A stretch of 64,000 bases of DNA from contig CAVSGM010000004.1 in the NCBI GenBank assembly GCA_963727485.1, positions 23,930 to 87,929 of the forward strand, written 5' to 3'. Origin of the DNA: an uncultured delta proteobacterium (GTDB lineage Bacteria; Myxococcota; Myxococcia; SLRQ01). The translations under genes were made by a program, and so were the position numbers. Below the pieces are notes generated by a model. It had not been told where the DNA came from. It ran no database searches and was given only the letters and a program-made list of their open reading frames with translations. Below, piece by piece: positions 42,880 through 58,978 of this stretch (position 1 is its first letter; every line of letters starts with the position of its first letter).

Positions 42880-44081
42880 AGCCGGGTGAGGATGGCGGCG
42901 TCGGCGTAGCGCTGGAACAGGGGCGTGTAGCTCTCCACCGGCACGTCGCCGGTCCCGGTGCCGGTCCGCACGAAGATCCCCCGGCGCGCGCCCAGGTACT
43001 TGCTCACCTCGCCTCGCGACTCGCTGACCACCACGTCGAGGCCGGCGTCCTCGAGGGCGGCGCGGACCTCGGCGGCGCGCTCGGGGTCGCCGGGGTGCTC
43101 CTCGTAGACCGGGCGGTAGACCCGGCGCTCGACGATGCGCCGGGCCCAGGGCGAGGCCGAGGCGCGCAGGTCGGACCACAGGGCCACGTCGTCGGCGGCG
43201 AGGTAGCCCTCGGGGTCCGCGGGGAAGCGGTAGGCCCGGTCGCCGTCGTCGTAGAAGCGCTGGAGCATCTTCTCGTAGGCCACCGAGGTGCGGTGGAAGT
43301 AGACCGACATGAACATGTGGTAGCGCGAGAGGAGAAAGTCCTCGAAGGCGAAGACCGCCCGGCGGTCGAGGGCGAGCCACGCGGCCCCGTCCTGCTCCGA
43401 GGCGCCGAGGTTCTGCACCAGCCAGTCGAGGTCGAACTTCCCGTAGTTGACCCCGGTGAACACCGAGTCGCGGAAGAGGTAGTCCATCCGGTCGGCGTCG
43501 AGCTCGGAGCTGACCACCTGGCGCAGCAGCGGCGCCCAGTCGACGCCCCCGGAGTCGAAGGGTCGGGCGTCGTCGGGATCGCGGCCGCTGATGAGGGCGG
43601 CCACGTTCTCGGGACCGGCGCCGGCGTCGCCGAGGCGTTGGGCGAGGAGGCCGGCGAGGCTGGAGCCGGTGACCAGCGCCAGGGTCATGTCCTCGTGGGT
43701 GGCCTGGCGGCGCTCACCGGGCGCGAGCCACGCCGGGAGCCCCAGGGCGCCGACCTCGGGGAGCGCCCGCTCCGAGGGATGGGAGAGCGGCGGGTGCCCG
43801 AGGTCGTGGAGGAGCACGGCGACGCGCAGCGCCTGGCGGAAGCGCCGCCGGTCGGCCTCGGGGAGGCCCGCGGCGGCGGCGACGTGGTCGAAGATGCGGG
43901 TGGCGACCGCCATGGCCCCGATGCCGTGGGCGTGGCGGGTGTGGGTGGCGCCCGGGAAGGCGAGCTCGGCGAAGCCCAGCTGCTTGATGTGGCGCAGCCG
44001 CTGGAAGTACGGCGAGTCGAGGATGGCCCGCTCGTCGCGGGTGATCTCGATGGCGCCGTGGATGGGGTCCCGCACGTGCAT
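42813..44081 (-). CDS. HD-superfamily phosphohydrolase (dNTPase-like)
   Basis: RDPIHG, FQRLR.IKQLG, HTR..H..G, LLHDLGH.P.SH, DADRMDY..RDS, VYFH. Confidence 0.9.
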   Translation of the reverse strand: MHVRDPIHGAIEITRDERAILDSPYFQRLRHIKQLGFAELAFPGATHTRHAHGIGAMAVATRIFDHVAAAAGLPEADRRRFRQALRVAVLLHDLGHPPLSHPSERALPEVGALGLPAWLAPGERRQATHEDMTLALVTGSSLAGLLAQRLGDAGAGPENVAALISGRDPDDARPFDSGGVDWAPLLRQVVSSELDADRMDYLFRDSVFTGVNYGKFDLDWLVQNLGASEQDGAAWLALDRRAVFAFEDFLLSRYHMFMSVYFHRTSVAYEKMLQRFYDDGDRAYRFPADPEGYLAADDVALWSDLRASASPWARRIVERRVYRPVYEEHPGDPERAAEVRAALEDAGLDVVVSESRGEVSKYLGARRGIFVRTGTGTGDVPVESYTPLFQRYADAAILTRLYVPPEDLDRGRDRVASVTGGG

Positions 44082-44101
44082 CGGGGCGGAGCCTAGCACG
44101 C

Positions 44102-45250
44102 TCAAGCAGCGTCGGCGCCGGCCTCGGCCATGTGCTTCATCATCTTGGGGCCGCCGGTGCGGGCGAAGACCACCGCCAGCACCACGCTGATGGTGCCGAA
44201 GATGATGTTGAGGATGGTGGTGTAGTTCCAGGTGATGCCCGCGGTGGCCACCGTGGCGCTGTGGGTCGCGGGCGTGAGGCCGGTGAGGGCGAAGGCCCCC
44301 TCGACCAAGAGCGCCGCCACCACCATGGTCCCGTAGGAGGTCAGAAAGAGGAACCCGGTCATCCACCGGCCGTAGTACTTCCGGTAGATGAGCAGGATGG
44401 GGACGATGAGGAGGTCGCCGAAGATGAAGGCGACCACGCCCCCGAAGCTGATCCCTCCGTTCCACAGCACCGCCGCCAGGGGCACGTTGCCCACCGAGCA
44501 GGTGAAGCTCGCCAGGGCGATGAGGGGCCCGATGATGGCGCCCCAGATCGGCGCCAGGATCGGGTGGTGGACCAGGAAGAAGGCCTGCCAGAAGGACTTC
44601 GGGACCCAGGCGCCGAGGGCTCCGGCGATGAGTACGCCGCCCAGGATGTCCTTCCAGAGCATGGACCAGTTCATCACGTACTCGTGGCTGATGAGGGTCC
44701 AGCCCTCGCCGGAGCGGAGCCGCTCGAGCCACGAGCCCTTCCGGGCCATCAACGCCATCTGGGCGTGGCCCTCCATGCTCCCCTTGAGCCCCTTGTCGGC
44801 CTGGGCCCGGGCGGCCTTCACCCGGGGCGCCGGCAGGAGCAGGCGGAAGAGGAGCGCCGTGCCGACGATCATCACGCCGCCCCCGACGAACTCGGCGGCG
44901 GTGAACTGCCAGCCCAGCAGCACCCAGAGGAGCACCCCGAGCTCGAGCACCAGGTTGGTGGCGGCGAACTGGAAGGCGATGGCTGCGGTGAAGTCACCGC
45001 CCTTGCGCACGATGGACCGGGCCATGGCCACGGCCGCGTAGGAGCACGAGGAGCTCGCCGCCCCCAGGGCGCTGGCGAGGCCGAGCGACCGCGGCGAGGC
45101 GTTGGGGAGCAGCCGCGACATCTCTTCCTTGGACACCAGGGTCTCGACGATGGCCGAGATGGTGAAGCCGAGCGCCAGGCCCCAGAAGATGCCCCAGAAC
45201 ATGCGGAAGGCGAGCCACAGGGCGTCGACGATGGCGTGGAGGAGGGTCAT
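44102..45250 (-). CDS. predicted permease (DUF318/ArsP-like)
   Basis: SSSCSYAA and FTCSVGNVP motifs, multi-TM. Confidence 0.85.
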   Translation of the reverse strand: MTLLHAIVDALWLAFRMFWGIFWGLALGFTISAIVETLVSKEEMSRLLPNASPRSLGLASALGAASSSCSYAAVAMARSIVRKGGDFTAAIAFQFAATNLVLELGVLLWVLLGWQFTAAEFVGGGVMIVGTALLFRLLLPAPRVKAARAQADKGLKGSMEGHAQMALMARKGSWLERLRSGEGWTLISHEYVMNWSMLWKDILGGVLIAGALGAWVPKSFWQAFFLVHHPILAPIWGAIIGPLIALASFTCSVGNVPLAAVLWNGGISFGGVVAFIFGDLLIVPILLIYRKYYGRWMTGFLFLTSYGTMVVAALLVEGAFALTGLTPATHSATVATAGITWNYTTILNIIFGTISVVLAVVFARTGGPKMMKHMAEAGADAA

Positions 45251-45350
45251 GGGGCCGCGGTGTCCTAATGGGGCCGCGCTAGAGGTGTGCATGCCTCCCT
45301 GGGGGCGCAACCCCAGGGGTGGATTTGATCATCGTGGGTGCGCCTGCTAC

Positions 45351-45435
45351 CGTGATTCCACATTCGGCAATCCCCTGCAGGTCCACGGGGAACGCAAAAC
45401 CACTGCCGGCTGCCGCCGGTCGAAGGGTTGTCACG
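45351..45435 (+). ncRNA. candidate c-di-GMP-I (GEMM)-like riboswitch variant
   Basis: GGCAA-TCCCC..GGGGA-ACGCAAAACC..hairpin..GGTTGTC order; CGTGA/TCACG closing helix; canonical GNRA tetraloop absent. Confidence 0.4.
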
Positions 45436-45767
45436 TGAGACACGTGTCAGGACACAGCCGCCCGCCGAGGGGTTCCATCTCACCCGCACGCGGGGTCCCG
45501 CTCCTGGCTCTCTCCGTGGCCCTCGCCGGTCTCGTCTCCTGCGGACGTGCCACCTCCCGGCCGCCGAAGGCCGCACCGGTGACGGCGGCCCCGGCGCCGG
45601 CGACCGTCTCCCCTGGCCGCCCGGCGCTGACCCCGGTGGCGGTCCCCACGCCGGTCACCGCCCCGGCGCCGAACCCGGGCGCGCCGGCCGCCGGCCCCGA
45701 GGGCCAGCCTCCGCCGCCCGCGGGCCTCCTGCAGGGCGCCGGGCACTTCAAGGGCGGCGCGCCATGA
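45435..45767 (+). CDS. short Pro/Ala-rich putative lipoprotein (start uncertain)
   Basis: LLALSVALAGLVSC lipobox; stop overlaps next ATG (ATGA). Confidence 0.5.
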   Translation: MRHVSGHSRPPRGSISPARGVPLLALSVALAGLVSCGRATSRPPKAAPVTAAPAPATVSPGRPALTPVAVPTPVTAPAPNPGAPAAGPEGQPPPPAGLLQGAGHFKGGAP

Positions 45768-48064
45768 ACCGCTCCCGCCCCACCCCCCTGGCCCTCGCCC
45801 TGGTGCTCCTGGCGGGCCTCGCCGGTTCCCCGCGCCCGGCGCGCGCCTTCGGCCGGGCCTTCACCCACACGGTCACCGGCGCGGTCGACGGCCTCGCCGT
45901 GGGCGACATCGACGGCAGCGGCCGGCAGGTCCTGGCGGTGCTCAGCCGCGGCGGCACCTACGCCCCGGGGGTCACCCAGCCCGGGCTCGGGAGCCTCGCG
46001 GTGGTGGACGCCGCCGGCGCCGTCCGCTGGCAGGTGCAGACGGGCACCGAGCTCGCCGGCTACCCGGTGATGGCCGACCTCGAGGGTCATGGCACCGACG
46101 ACGTGGCCTTCTGCGAGATCGCCCCCCAGGGCTACTGCCACGTCTACGACGGCCGGGGCCACGAGCGCTACCGGGTCGGGCCCTTCTTCTACCCCGGGAT
46201 GTCCACGGCAGGCCCGGCGGCGGCGGACGTGAACGGCGACGGCATCGCCGACCTGGTCATCGCCACCTGGGGCGGCCAGGTGATCGCGGTGGACGGCCCC
46301 ACCGGCCACGTGATCTGGCGCCAGGACGTGTGGGCCAGCGACCAGGAGCTCCTCTTCGGCCAACCCGCCATCGGGGACGTCACCGGCGACGGGCGGCCGG
46401 ACGTGGTCTTCTGCGGCTACAGCTCGGGGAACGTCTACGCCCTCGACGGCGCCACCGGCCAGGTGATCTGGTCGGTGAAGGGCCTGCGCCAGGACCCGGC
46501 CTGGGGCGACAGCAGCTACGCCAACGGCCCGCTGCTCCTCGGCCCCGGCACCCCTGGGGGTCCGGAGACGGTCCTGGCCCTCCCCGGGGCCCACCCGGTG
46601 GTCGCGGCCTTCGGGCCCACGGGGCGCCTGCGTTGGCGCCGGGACCTCCCCGGGGCGGACCTCACCTTCCAGAGCCCGGTCGCCGCCGACGTGGACGGGG
46701 ACGGCGTCCCGGAGATCCTGGTCCAGGACGGCAACGGGACCCTCTACGTCCTCGCCCCCGACGACGGGGCGATCCTCCGGAGCAAGGACCTGGGCGACGT
46801 GGCCTGGGTGGCGCCGGCCTTCGCCGACATCGACGGCGACGGCATCCCGGAGATCGTCGCCACCACCCAGGGGAGCGTGCAGGTCCTCGACGGCACCACC
46901 CTCGCGGTCCGCGACCGCTACGACGACCCCACCGGCGGGCTGATGCCCACGCCGGCGATCGCGGACCTCGGGCGTGGCGGGGTCACCGACGTGGTCACCG
47001 CGTCGTGGTGGACGGGGCAGCTCGTGGCCCTCACCCTGCCGACCCCGGCCACCTATCGCTGGGGCACTCTCGGGGGCGGGGCGCGCCGGGCCGGCGTCCT
47101 CGACACCCGTCCCCGGGACCGGACGGTCGCCACCGGCTACCACCAGCTCCTCACCCGCATCCAGACCCTCATCGCCGACCCGGCGACGCCGCCGGCCACC
47201 GCCCGGGCCCTCCAGCGCGAGGCCCTGCGGCCCATGACCTCCGCCTACCAGGCGCTCCTCGCCGGTCGGCCCCAGCAGGCGGTGAGCCAGCTCCGACACC
47301 TGGTCCAGGAGCTCGGGGAGGTGCCGGGGCCCCTGGCCGCGGCCCTCCAGGCCCAGGCGGCGCGGCTCGCCATCGCCACCGCCCAGGCCGCCCTCGACCG
47401 GGCCGCCGCCCTCGCCGGGCCGAACGGCCGGGGGGTGCAGCAGGCCCAGGCCGCCCTCGCCTCCGCCCGCGCCGCCCTCGCCCAGGGCGACGTCCGCCAG
47501 GCCGTGAGCCTGGCCGACCACGCCATCGACGTCGTCTCCGGTGCGGGCCGGGGCCAGGGCGCGGGGCGGGGCTGGGGCCGCGGTCCGGGACCGGGCAGGG
47601 GGCGCGGCCCGGGACCGGCCCCGACCGGTAGCTTCTGCCCGGCCTCCCCCGGTGCTCCCTACCTGGTGTGGGAGTGCCGGATCCAGGCGGTCCGCGACCA
47701 GGTCGCCGCCCAGGCCACGGCCACCCATGACCCGGCGCTCGGCCGCGCCGCAGACGAGCTCACCCGGGCCCTCCAGGCCTACGCCACCCTCGGCCTCGAT
47801 CAGGCCCTCGATCACCTCGGCCGCGCCGTCGTGGACCTCGGGGTGTCGTCCCAGGACACCACCGGCTTCCAGGCCGACCTGGCCCGGGCCGCGTCCCGCA
47901 CCGCGCGCATCTACCTCGACGACGTGGCCACCTCCGGCCTGAACCCCCGGGGCGTCACCCGGGGCGAGGCGCTGTGGCAGCAGGGCGAGGCGGCGCGCGC
48001 CACCGGCGACTTCGTGACCGCCATCGCCGACTTCCGCCAGGCGATTCGGACCGCCCGGCCCTAG
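45764..48064 (+). CDS. secreted FG-GAP/PQQ-like beta-propeller protein with helical C-terminal region
   Basis: Signal peptide (ARA-F); repeated D(V/I)xGDGxx(D/E)(I/L/V)V motifs; ALDG.TG..IW; Ala-rich helical tail. Confidence 0.8.
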   Translation: MNRSRPTPLALALVLLAGLAGSPRPARAFGRAFTHTVTGAVDGLAVGDIDGSGRQVLAVLSRGGTYAPGVTQPGLGSLAVVDAAGAVRWQVQTGTELAGYPVMADLEGHGTDDVAFCEIAPQGYCHVYDGRGHERYRVGPFFYPGMSTAGPAAADVNGDGIADLVIATWGGQVIAVDGPTGHVIWRQDVWASDQELLFGQPAIGDVTGDGRPDVVFCGYSSGNVYALDGATGQVIWSVKGLRQDPAWGDSSYANGPLLLGPGTPGGPETVLALPGAHPVVAAFGPTGRLRWRRDLPGADLTFQSPVAADVDGDGVPEILVQDGNGTLYVLAPDDGAILRSKDLGDVAWVAPAFADIDGDGIPEIVATTQGSVQVLDGTTLAVRDRYDDPTGGLMPTPAIADLGRGGVTDVVTASWWTGQLVALTLPTPATYRWGTLGGGARRAGVLDTRPRDRTVATGYHQLLTRIQTLIADPATPPATARALQREALRPMTSAYQALLAGRPQQAVSQLRHLVQELGEVPGPLAAALQAQAARLAIATAQAALDRAAALAGPNGRGVQQAQAALASARAALAQGDVRQAVSLADHAIDVVSGAGRGQGAGRGWGRGPGPGRGRGPGPAPTGSFCPASPGAPYLVWECRIQAVRDQVAAQATATHDPALGRAADELTRALQAYATLGLDQALDHLGRAVVDLGVSSQDTTGFQADLARAASRTARIYLDDVATSGLNPRGVTRGEALWQQGEAARATGDFVTAIADFRQAIRTARP

Positions 48065-48068
48065 CGCC

Positions 48069-54377
<6,309 letters not shown>

Positions 54378-54479
54378 GCGGGCTCCGTGAAGAGGGGCTT
54401 TGCTGCAGGGACCGCAGCTCCAAGGATCGCACCTCGATCACCCCGGCGGCAAGCTTGCGCCCGGCGGGGCCCGGCGGCC

Positions 54480-55112
54480 TCACGCGTCGGGCACGCGGTC
54501 GAGGAGGTGCACCTCGCCGGTCTCGAGCTCGTACACGGCCCCGACCACTGCGAGCTTCCCGGCGAGGACCTGGTCCTCGAGGAGCCGGCTGCCGTGTCCC
54601 AGGTGGTCTACCGAGGCGCGGACGTTGGCCCGCACCGCCTCGGGAAGCACCTCGTCCAGGGTGGCGCCGGGCTTCACCAGGCCGGCGATGTGGGGACCGA
54701 TGCGGTCGGTGATGGCGCGCAGGTTCTCCGACTCGGGTCCGTCACCGCGCTGGAGGGCCTCCACCGCCGCGGTCACCGCCCCGCAGTGGCTGTGGCCCAT
54801 GACCACCACCAGCGGGGTCCCCAGCTGCCCCACCGCGTACTCCACCGAGCCCACCAGCGACGGCGCGACCACGTTGCCGGCGACCCGCACCACGAACAGG
54901 TCCCCGAAGCCCTGGTCGAAGAGGATCTCCACGGGCACCCGGGAGTCGGCGCAGGCGAGGATGACCGCGAAGGGACGCTGGGGCCCGGCGCCGCGCTGGG
55001 CGTCCCAGGACTGCGCCGGCGACGCCCCGCGGTTGGCGAGGAAGCGGGTGTTGCCCTCGACCAGGCGCGCGAGGGCGGCCGCCGGGGTCAGGGCATCGGT
55101 GGGCTCGGCCAT
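54480..55112 (-). CDS. beta-class carbonic anhydrase
   Basis: L..GN.RF, CADSRV, GDLFVVRVAGN, GSVEYA, GHSHCGAV. Confidence 0.93.
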   Translation of the reverse strand: MAEPTDALTPAAALARLVEGNTRFLANRGASPAQSWDAQRGAGPQRPFAVILACADSRVPVEILFDQGFGDLFVVRVAGNVVAPSLVGSVEYAVGQLGTPLVVVMGHSHCGAVTAAVEALQRGDGPESENLRAITDRIGPHIAGLVKPGATLDEVLPEAVRANVRASVDHLGHGSRLLEDQVLAGKLAVVGAVYELETGEVHLLDRVPDA

Positions 55113-55144
55113 GCCCGGTGGCATACCACAGGGGCGGGGCGGCG

Positions 55145-56182
55145 CTAACCGCGCGGGAGGAGCCACTGGGCGAGGAGCATGAGCGTCACCAGGAGCAGCC
55201 AGCCGGCGACGACGAAGATCAGGTACCGCTTCACCTGGTTCGGGCGCGGCCCCGCCCAGGCGTTGGCGGCGCCGGCGGTCACCGCGGGGGCCTCCGGGGC
55301 GAGAGCCGGTTCCAGGGGCGCGTCGGCGGGATCGCGGTGGAAGGCCACGCAGTGGGGTGCCTCGTCCTCGAGGATCCGCTCGAAGGGCGCGGCCCGCTCC
55401 GGATCGCCCGCCCGCCGGCAGGCGACGGCGATGGCGTAGGCGGCGAGGAGGCGCTCGAGTGGGTGCCTGGCGGTCTCCACTTCCCGCTGGAGCGTGGCCA
55501 GGGTCTCCCGGGAGGCGTCGCCCGCGAGGACCTCCGCGAGGCCCTCACCGAGCTCCGAGCCCTGGGGTCGACGGCCGAGGTACCAGGCGCGGTGCACCGC
55601 GCTCAGCTCCCGGGCGCGGGAGAGACGCGCCAGGGCCCCCCGGCCGTCGCCGCCGTGGAGGAGCATGACCAGTGCCTCGCTACGCAGACCCATGGCCTGC
55701 AGCATCGGGGGCAGGCTGTCCCAGGGCACCGCAGCCAGCGCGGCGCCGGCGCCGAGGGCGTCGCCATAGAGGGACTGGATCTGCGCGCGTCCGGCGGCGC
55801 GATACGCGGGGGCGAGCTGCGCCGGCAAGCGGGCGGCGTCCCCGTCGCTGAGCGCCACCAGCGCATCCGGCGTCGGTGACTGGAGACCGGCGCGGTACTT
55901 CGCGAAGACGCGGCGCCTCCGGATGCGGATGCGCAGCCGGCGCGTGGCCATCACCAGGACGAAGACGCCGACGAAGAGGGCCAGCCCTCCGACGAAGGGA
56001 TCCCGGTCGAGGACCGGCGCGGCCAGGTCGCCGTAGCGGAAGAGCAGGAAGGCGAGCAGGCCGGCGAGGGCGAGGACGACGGGCAGCCGTCGGAGGAACC
56101 CGCGCCTGAAGGGCAGCAGGCCGCCGGCCATCAGGTCCCGCAGGAAGCGACCGTTCTTCTGGCGATACTCCTCGTTCGGCAT
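55145..56182 (-). CDS. membrane protein with TPR-like helical region
   Basis: ATG at 56182; two N-terminal and one C-terminal TM segments. Confidence 0.6.
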   Translation of the reverse strand: MPNEEYRQKNGRFLRDLMAGGLLPFRRGFLRRLPVVLALAGLLAFLLFRYGDLAAPVLDRDPFVGGLALFVGVFVLVMATRRLRIRIRRRRVFAKYRAGLQSPTPDALVALSDGDAARLPAQLAPAYRAAGRAQIQSLYGDALGAGAALAAVPWDSLPPMLQAMGLRSEALVMLLHGGDGRGALARLSRARELSAVHRAWYLGRRPQGSELGEGLAEVLAGDASRETLATLQREVETARHPLERLLAAYAIAVACRRAGDPERAAPFERILEDEAPHCVAFHRDPADAPLEPALAPEAPAVTAGAANAWAGPRPNQVKRYLIFVVAGWLLLVTLMLLAQWLLPRG

Positions 56183-56268
56183 CGGCACCCTCGGGGTCCG
56201 GCCCCAGGCGCAGCGTACGCCGTGCGCGGACCAGGTGTCACGCCCCAAGGTGAACCTCGGGGTGGCGG

Positions 56269-57120
56269 CTACCCCTGCGGGAGCTGCCCGGCCTGCTGCG
56301 CCTGCTTCACCTGCTTGGCCATGGCCTTCTCCAGCTGGCGCACCGCCCACCGGGGGAAGAGCCGGTAGACCCGCCACATGATCCGCGCCGGGCGCGGGGT
56401 GACCACCAGCGGCTGGTTCCGGGCGACGCCCCGGAGGACCTCCTCGGCGAGGACCGCCGGGTCCATCAGCTCGAAGGGCCACACCTGCTTCAGGGCGTCG
56501 TCGGGGCCCGCGCCCTCCATGCCCTTGATCGGCCCGCCCTCGAGGAGCGGGGTGCGCACGAAGCCCGGGCACACCACGGTCACCCCGACCCCTTGGGCCG
56601 CGGCCTCGGCGCGCAGGGAGAGCGAGAGCCCGATGACGGCGTGCTTGGTCATGCTGTAGGCGGCGAGGCCGGGCATGGGCATCAGGCCCAGGTAGCTCGC
56701 CATGTTCACCACCTGCCCGAAGCCCTGGGCCATCATCCGCGGATAGGCGGCGTGGACCCCGTGGATGACGCCCTTGAGGTTCACGTCGAGGATCCGGTTC
56801 CACGCCTCGAGCGCCACCGTGTGGAGCTCTCCGGCCAGGGCGATGCCGGCGTTGTTGACCATGAGGTCGAGGCGCCCGTGGGCATCGAAGGCCCGGGCCA
56901 CCGCCGCGGCCACCTGGGCCGGGTCGCGGACGTCGACGGCGACGGCCTCGGCGCGCCCCCCGGCCTCGCGGATCCCCGCGGCGACGGCCTCGGCGCCCTC
57001 GGCGGCGACGTCGGCCACGAGGACCACGGCGCCCGCGCGCCCAAGGGCCTCACACAGCGCCCGGCCGATGCCCGAGGCGCCGCCGGTGACCACCGCCACC
57101 CGGTCCTGGTAGCCGTCCAT
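56269..57120 (-). CDS. short-chain dehydrogenase/reductase
   Basis: TGGASGIG, NNAG, YSMTK, CPGFV.T. Confidence 0.93.
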   Translation of the reverse strand: MDGYQDRVAVVTGGASGIGRALCEALGRAGAVVLVADVAAEGAEAVAAGIREAGGRAEAVAVDVRDPAQVAAAVARAFDAHGRLDLMVNNAGIALAGELHTVALEAWNRILDVNLKGVIHGVHAAYPRMMAQGFGQVVNMASYLGLMPMPGLAAYSMTKHAVIGLSLSLRAEAAAQGVGVTVVCPGFVRTPLLEGGPIKGMEGAGPDDALKQVWPFELMDPAVLAEEVLRGVARNQPLVVTPRPARIMWRVYRLFPRWAVRQLEKAMAKQVKQAQQAGQLPQG

Positions 57121-57180
57121 CCCCCAGGCTTGCCGCAGGGGCGCGCGGGGTGTCAACGGCCGGCGACTGGCCAGATGGCG

Positions 57181-58914
57181 TCACCGCGGGAGGGTAGCCA
57201 CCGAGGTGAAGACGCGGGTGCTGTAGTCGATCCCCTCGTCCCGCAGGTCCGCCCAGCCGGCGACGGCGAGGGAGCCGGAGGTGGCGAAGCCCAGGTAGTC
57301 GCTGATGGTCCCGTAGCCCCGCCCGGTGGAGAAGGGCCCTTCGTCGCCGTCGGTCACCTCGAAGCTCTTCCCGAAGGAGAGGGTCTGGCCAGTGAGGGTG
57401 CCCTCGGCGCCGAAGACCCGCTCGCCGCCGTAGCGGTTGTCGTACCAGATGCTCCACACGTCGCCGGCGGGGCCGAGGCCGATCCCCGGGAGCCAGTGGG
57501 TGGCGCAGGTGGCGTCGTCGTTGACCTTCACCGGCTGCTGCCAGGTGGCGCCGCCGTCCAGGGAGTAGGCGACCTTCACGTCGAAGACGTCGATCTTGCC
57601 GGGGGTGCGGCTCTGGTAGGCCACGTAGACCTTCTTGCCGTCGGGGGAGACGGTGATGGCGTTGGGCCAGTCCGCCGCCTCGTCACCCGGGTCGACCACC
57701 TCGCTGGGGCCGAAGAGGTGCCCCCGGTCGACGGACTTCGCGATCCGGATGTGGCCGCCGCGGGCCGCCGAGGTGGCGCCGACCACCGCCGGCTCCTGCC
57801 AGGTCACCCACAGGTCCCCGGCCTCGTCGACCGCAGGCTGGGCGAGGTTGCGCCCGACCGCGTGCGCGCGGTCTACCCGCACGTCGGTGAAGGTCTTGCC
57901 GTGGTCGGTGGAGCGCGCGAGCACGATGTCGCTCGGGGCCACCGGATCCACCGTGACCGGCGCCGCGTCGAAGGTGACGTAGACATCGCCCTGGGGGCCC
58001 ACCACCGCCTGGGGCTTGTCCATGAACATGCCGTGGGAGTCGGCGTAGGCGCCGGTGTTCACCGTCACCGGGCCCTGGAAGGTGTCGCCGTGGTCGGTGG
58101 AAAAGACGAGGTGGATCTCGTTGCCGTCATAGAAGGTATCGCCTGCCCGGCACAAACCGACGCCCCCGATGTAGGCGTAGTAGAGCTCACCGGTCTTCTG
58201 GTCGACGGCCAGGGCCGGATCCCCGATGTTGGAGCCGTCCCGGAACGTCAGGGTCTTCCAGGTGGCGCCTCCATCGTCGGAGCGGACGATCTCGGATCCC
58301 GACTCGAAGACCCCGCCGACCCAGGCCCCCTGATTGTAGGCGGCGTAGATCGTCGGCGGCGAGGTGGTGGGGTCGATGGCCATCGACACCTCGGCGGCGT
58401 AGTGATTCTTCGAGTCGGAGGTGGCCACGTTCTTGGAGAAGAGGTCGGAGCGCCTCGGCGGGTTTCCGGAGCTGCAGCGTTCGCCGCCCGCGGCGTGGCC
58501 CCCCAGGGTGCCGTAGGTGCTCAGGAAGAGCCCCTGGAAGTCGGAGCAGACGTGGTAGCCGGCGTCACAGGCGAGCAGCCCCGGGCGCCCGCAGTCGGCG
58601 TCGGTGGTGCACTTCTTCATGCACCGCGCGTCCGTTTGCTTGCCCTTCGACGAGAAGTACTGGAACGAGACGCAGCGCGCGCCGAGGCCGCAGTCGGCGT
58701 CGGTGGTGCAGGCCGGCATCTTGAAGCCGCCGTTGCAGGAGACCGGGAAGCAGCCGCCGACGAGGCTCCCCGAGCTGTCGTAGGCGTTGCAGGGATCCCC
58801 GGCGACGGTCGGTCGGCTCCCGGGCCCGCAGGCGGCGAGGGCCGCCACGCCGAGGCCGACGAGGGCGCGCGCGAAGCGCCGGCGGGGTGGGAGGAGCTCG
58901 GAGCGCTGGTTCAT
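57181..58914 (-). CDS. lipoprotein with Cys-rich N-terminal repeats and BNR/Asp-box (sialidase-like) beta-propeller
   Basis: LAAC lipobox; CTTDADCG twice; SDDGGATW, STDHGDTF, STDHGKTF, SVDRGHLF, SLDGGATW. Confidence 0.85.
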   Translation of the reverse strand: MNQRSELLPPRRRFARALVGLGVAALAACGPGSRPTVAGDPCNAYDSSGSLVGGCFPVSCNGGFKMPACTTDADCGLGARCVSFQYFSSKGKQTDARCMKKCTTDADCGRPGLLACDAGYHVCSDFQGLFLSTYGTLGGHAAGGERCSSGNPPRRSDLFSKNVATSDSKNHYAAEVSMAIDPTTSPPTIYAAYNQGAWVGGVFESGSEIVRSDDGGATWKTLTFRDGSNIGDPALAVDQKTGELYYAYIGGVGLCRAGDTFYDGNEIHLVFSTDHGDTFQGPVTVNTGAYADSHGMFMDKPQAVVGPQGDVYVTFDAAPVTVDPVAPSDIVLARSTDHGKTFTDVRVDRAHAVGRNLAQPAVDEAGDLWVTWQEPAVVGATSAARGGHIRIAKSVDRGHLFGPSEVVDPGDEAADWPNAITVSPDGKKVYVAYQSRTPGKIDVFDVKVAYSLDGGATWQQPVKVNDDATCATHWLPGIGLGPAGDVWSIWYDNRYGGERVFGAEGTLTGQTLSFGKSFEVTDGDEGPFSTGRGYGTISDYLGFATSGSLAVAGWADLRDEGIDYSTRVFTSVATLPR

Positions 58915-58978
58915 CGGTCACCTTCCTGGTCTGTGCGGGACACCGCGCATGGCGCCCTTCCCTAGGGTGTAGTATCGC

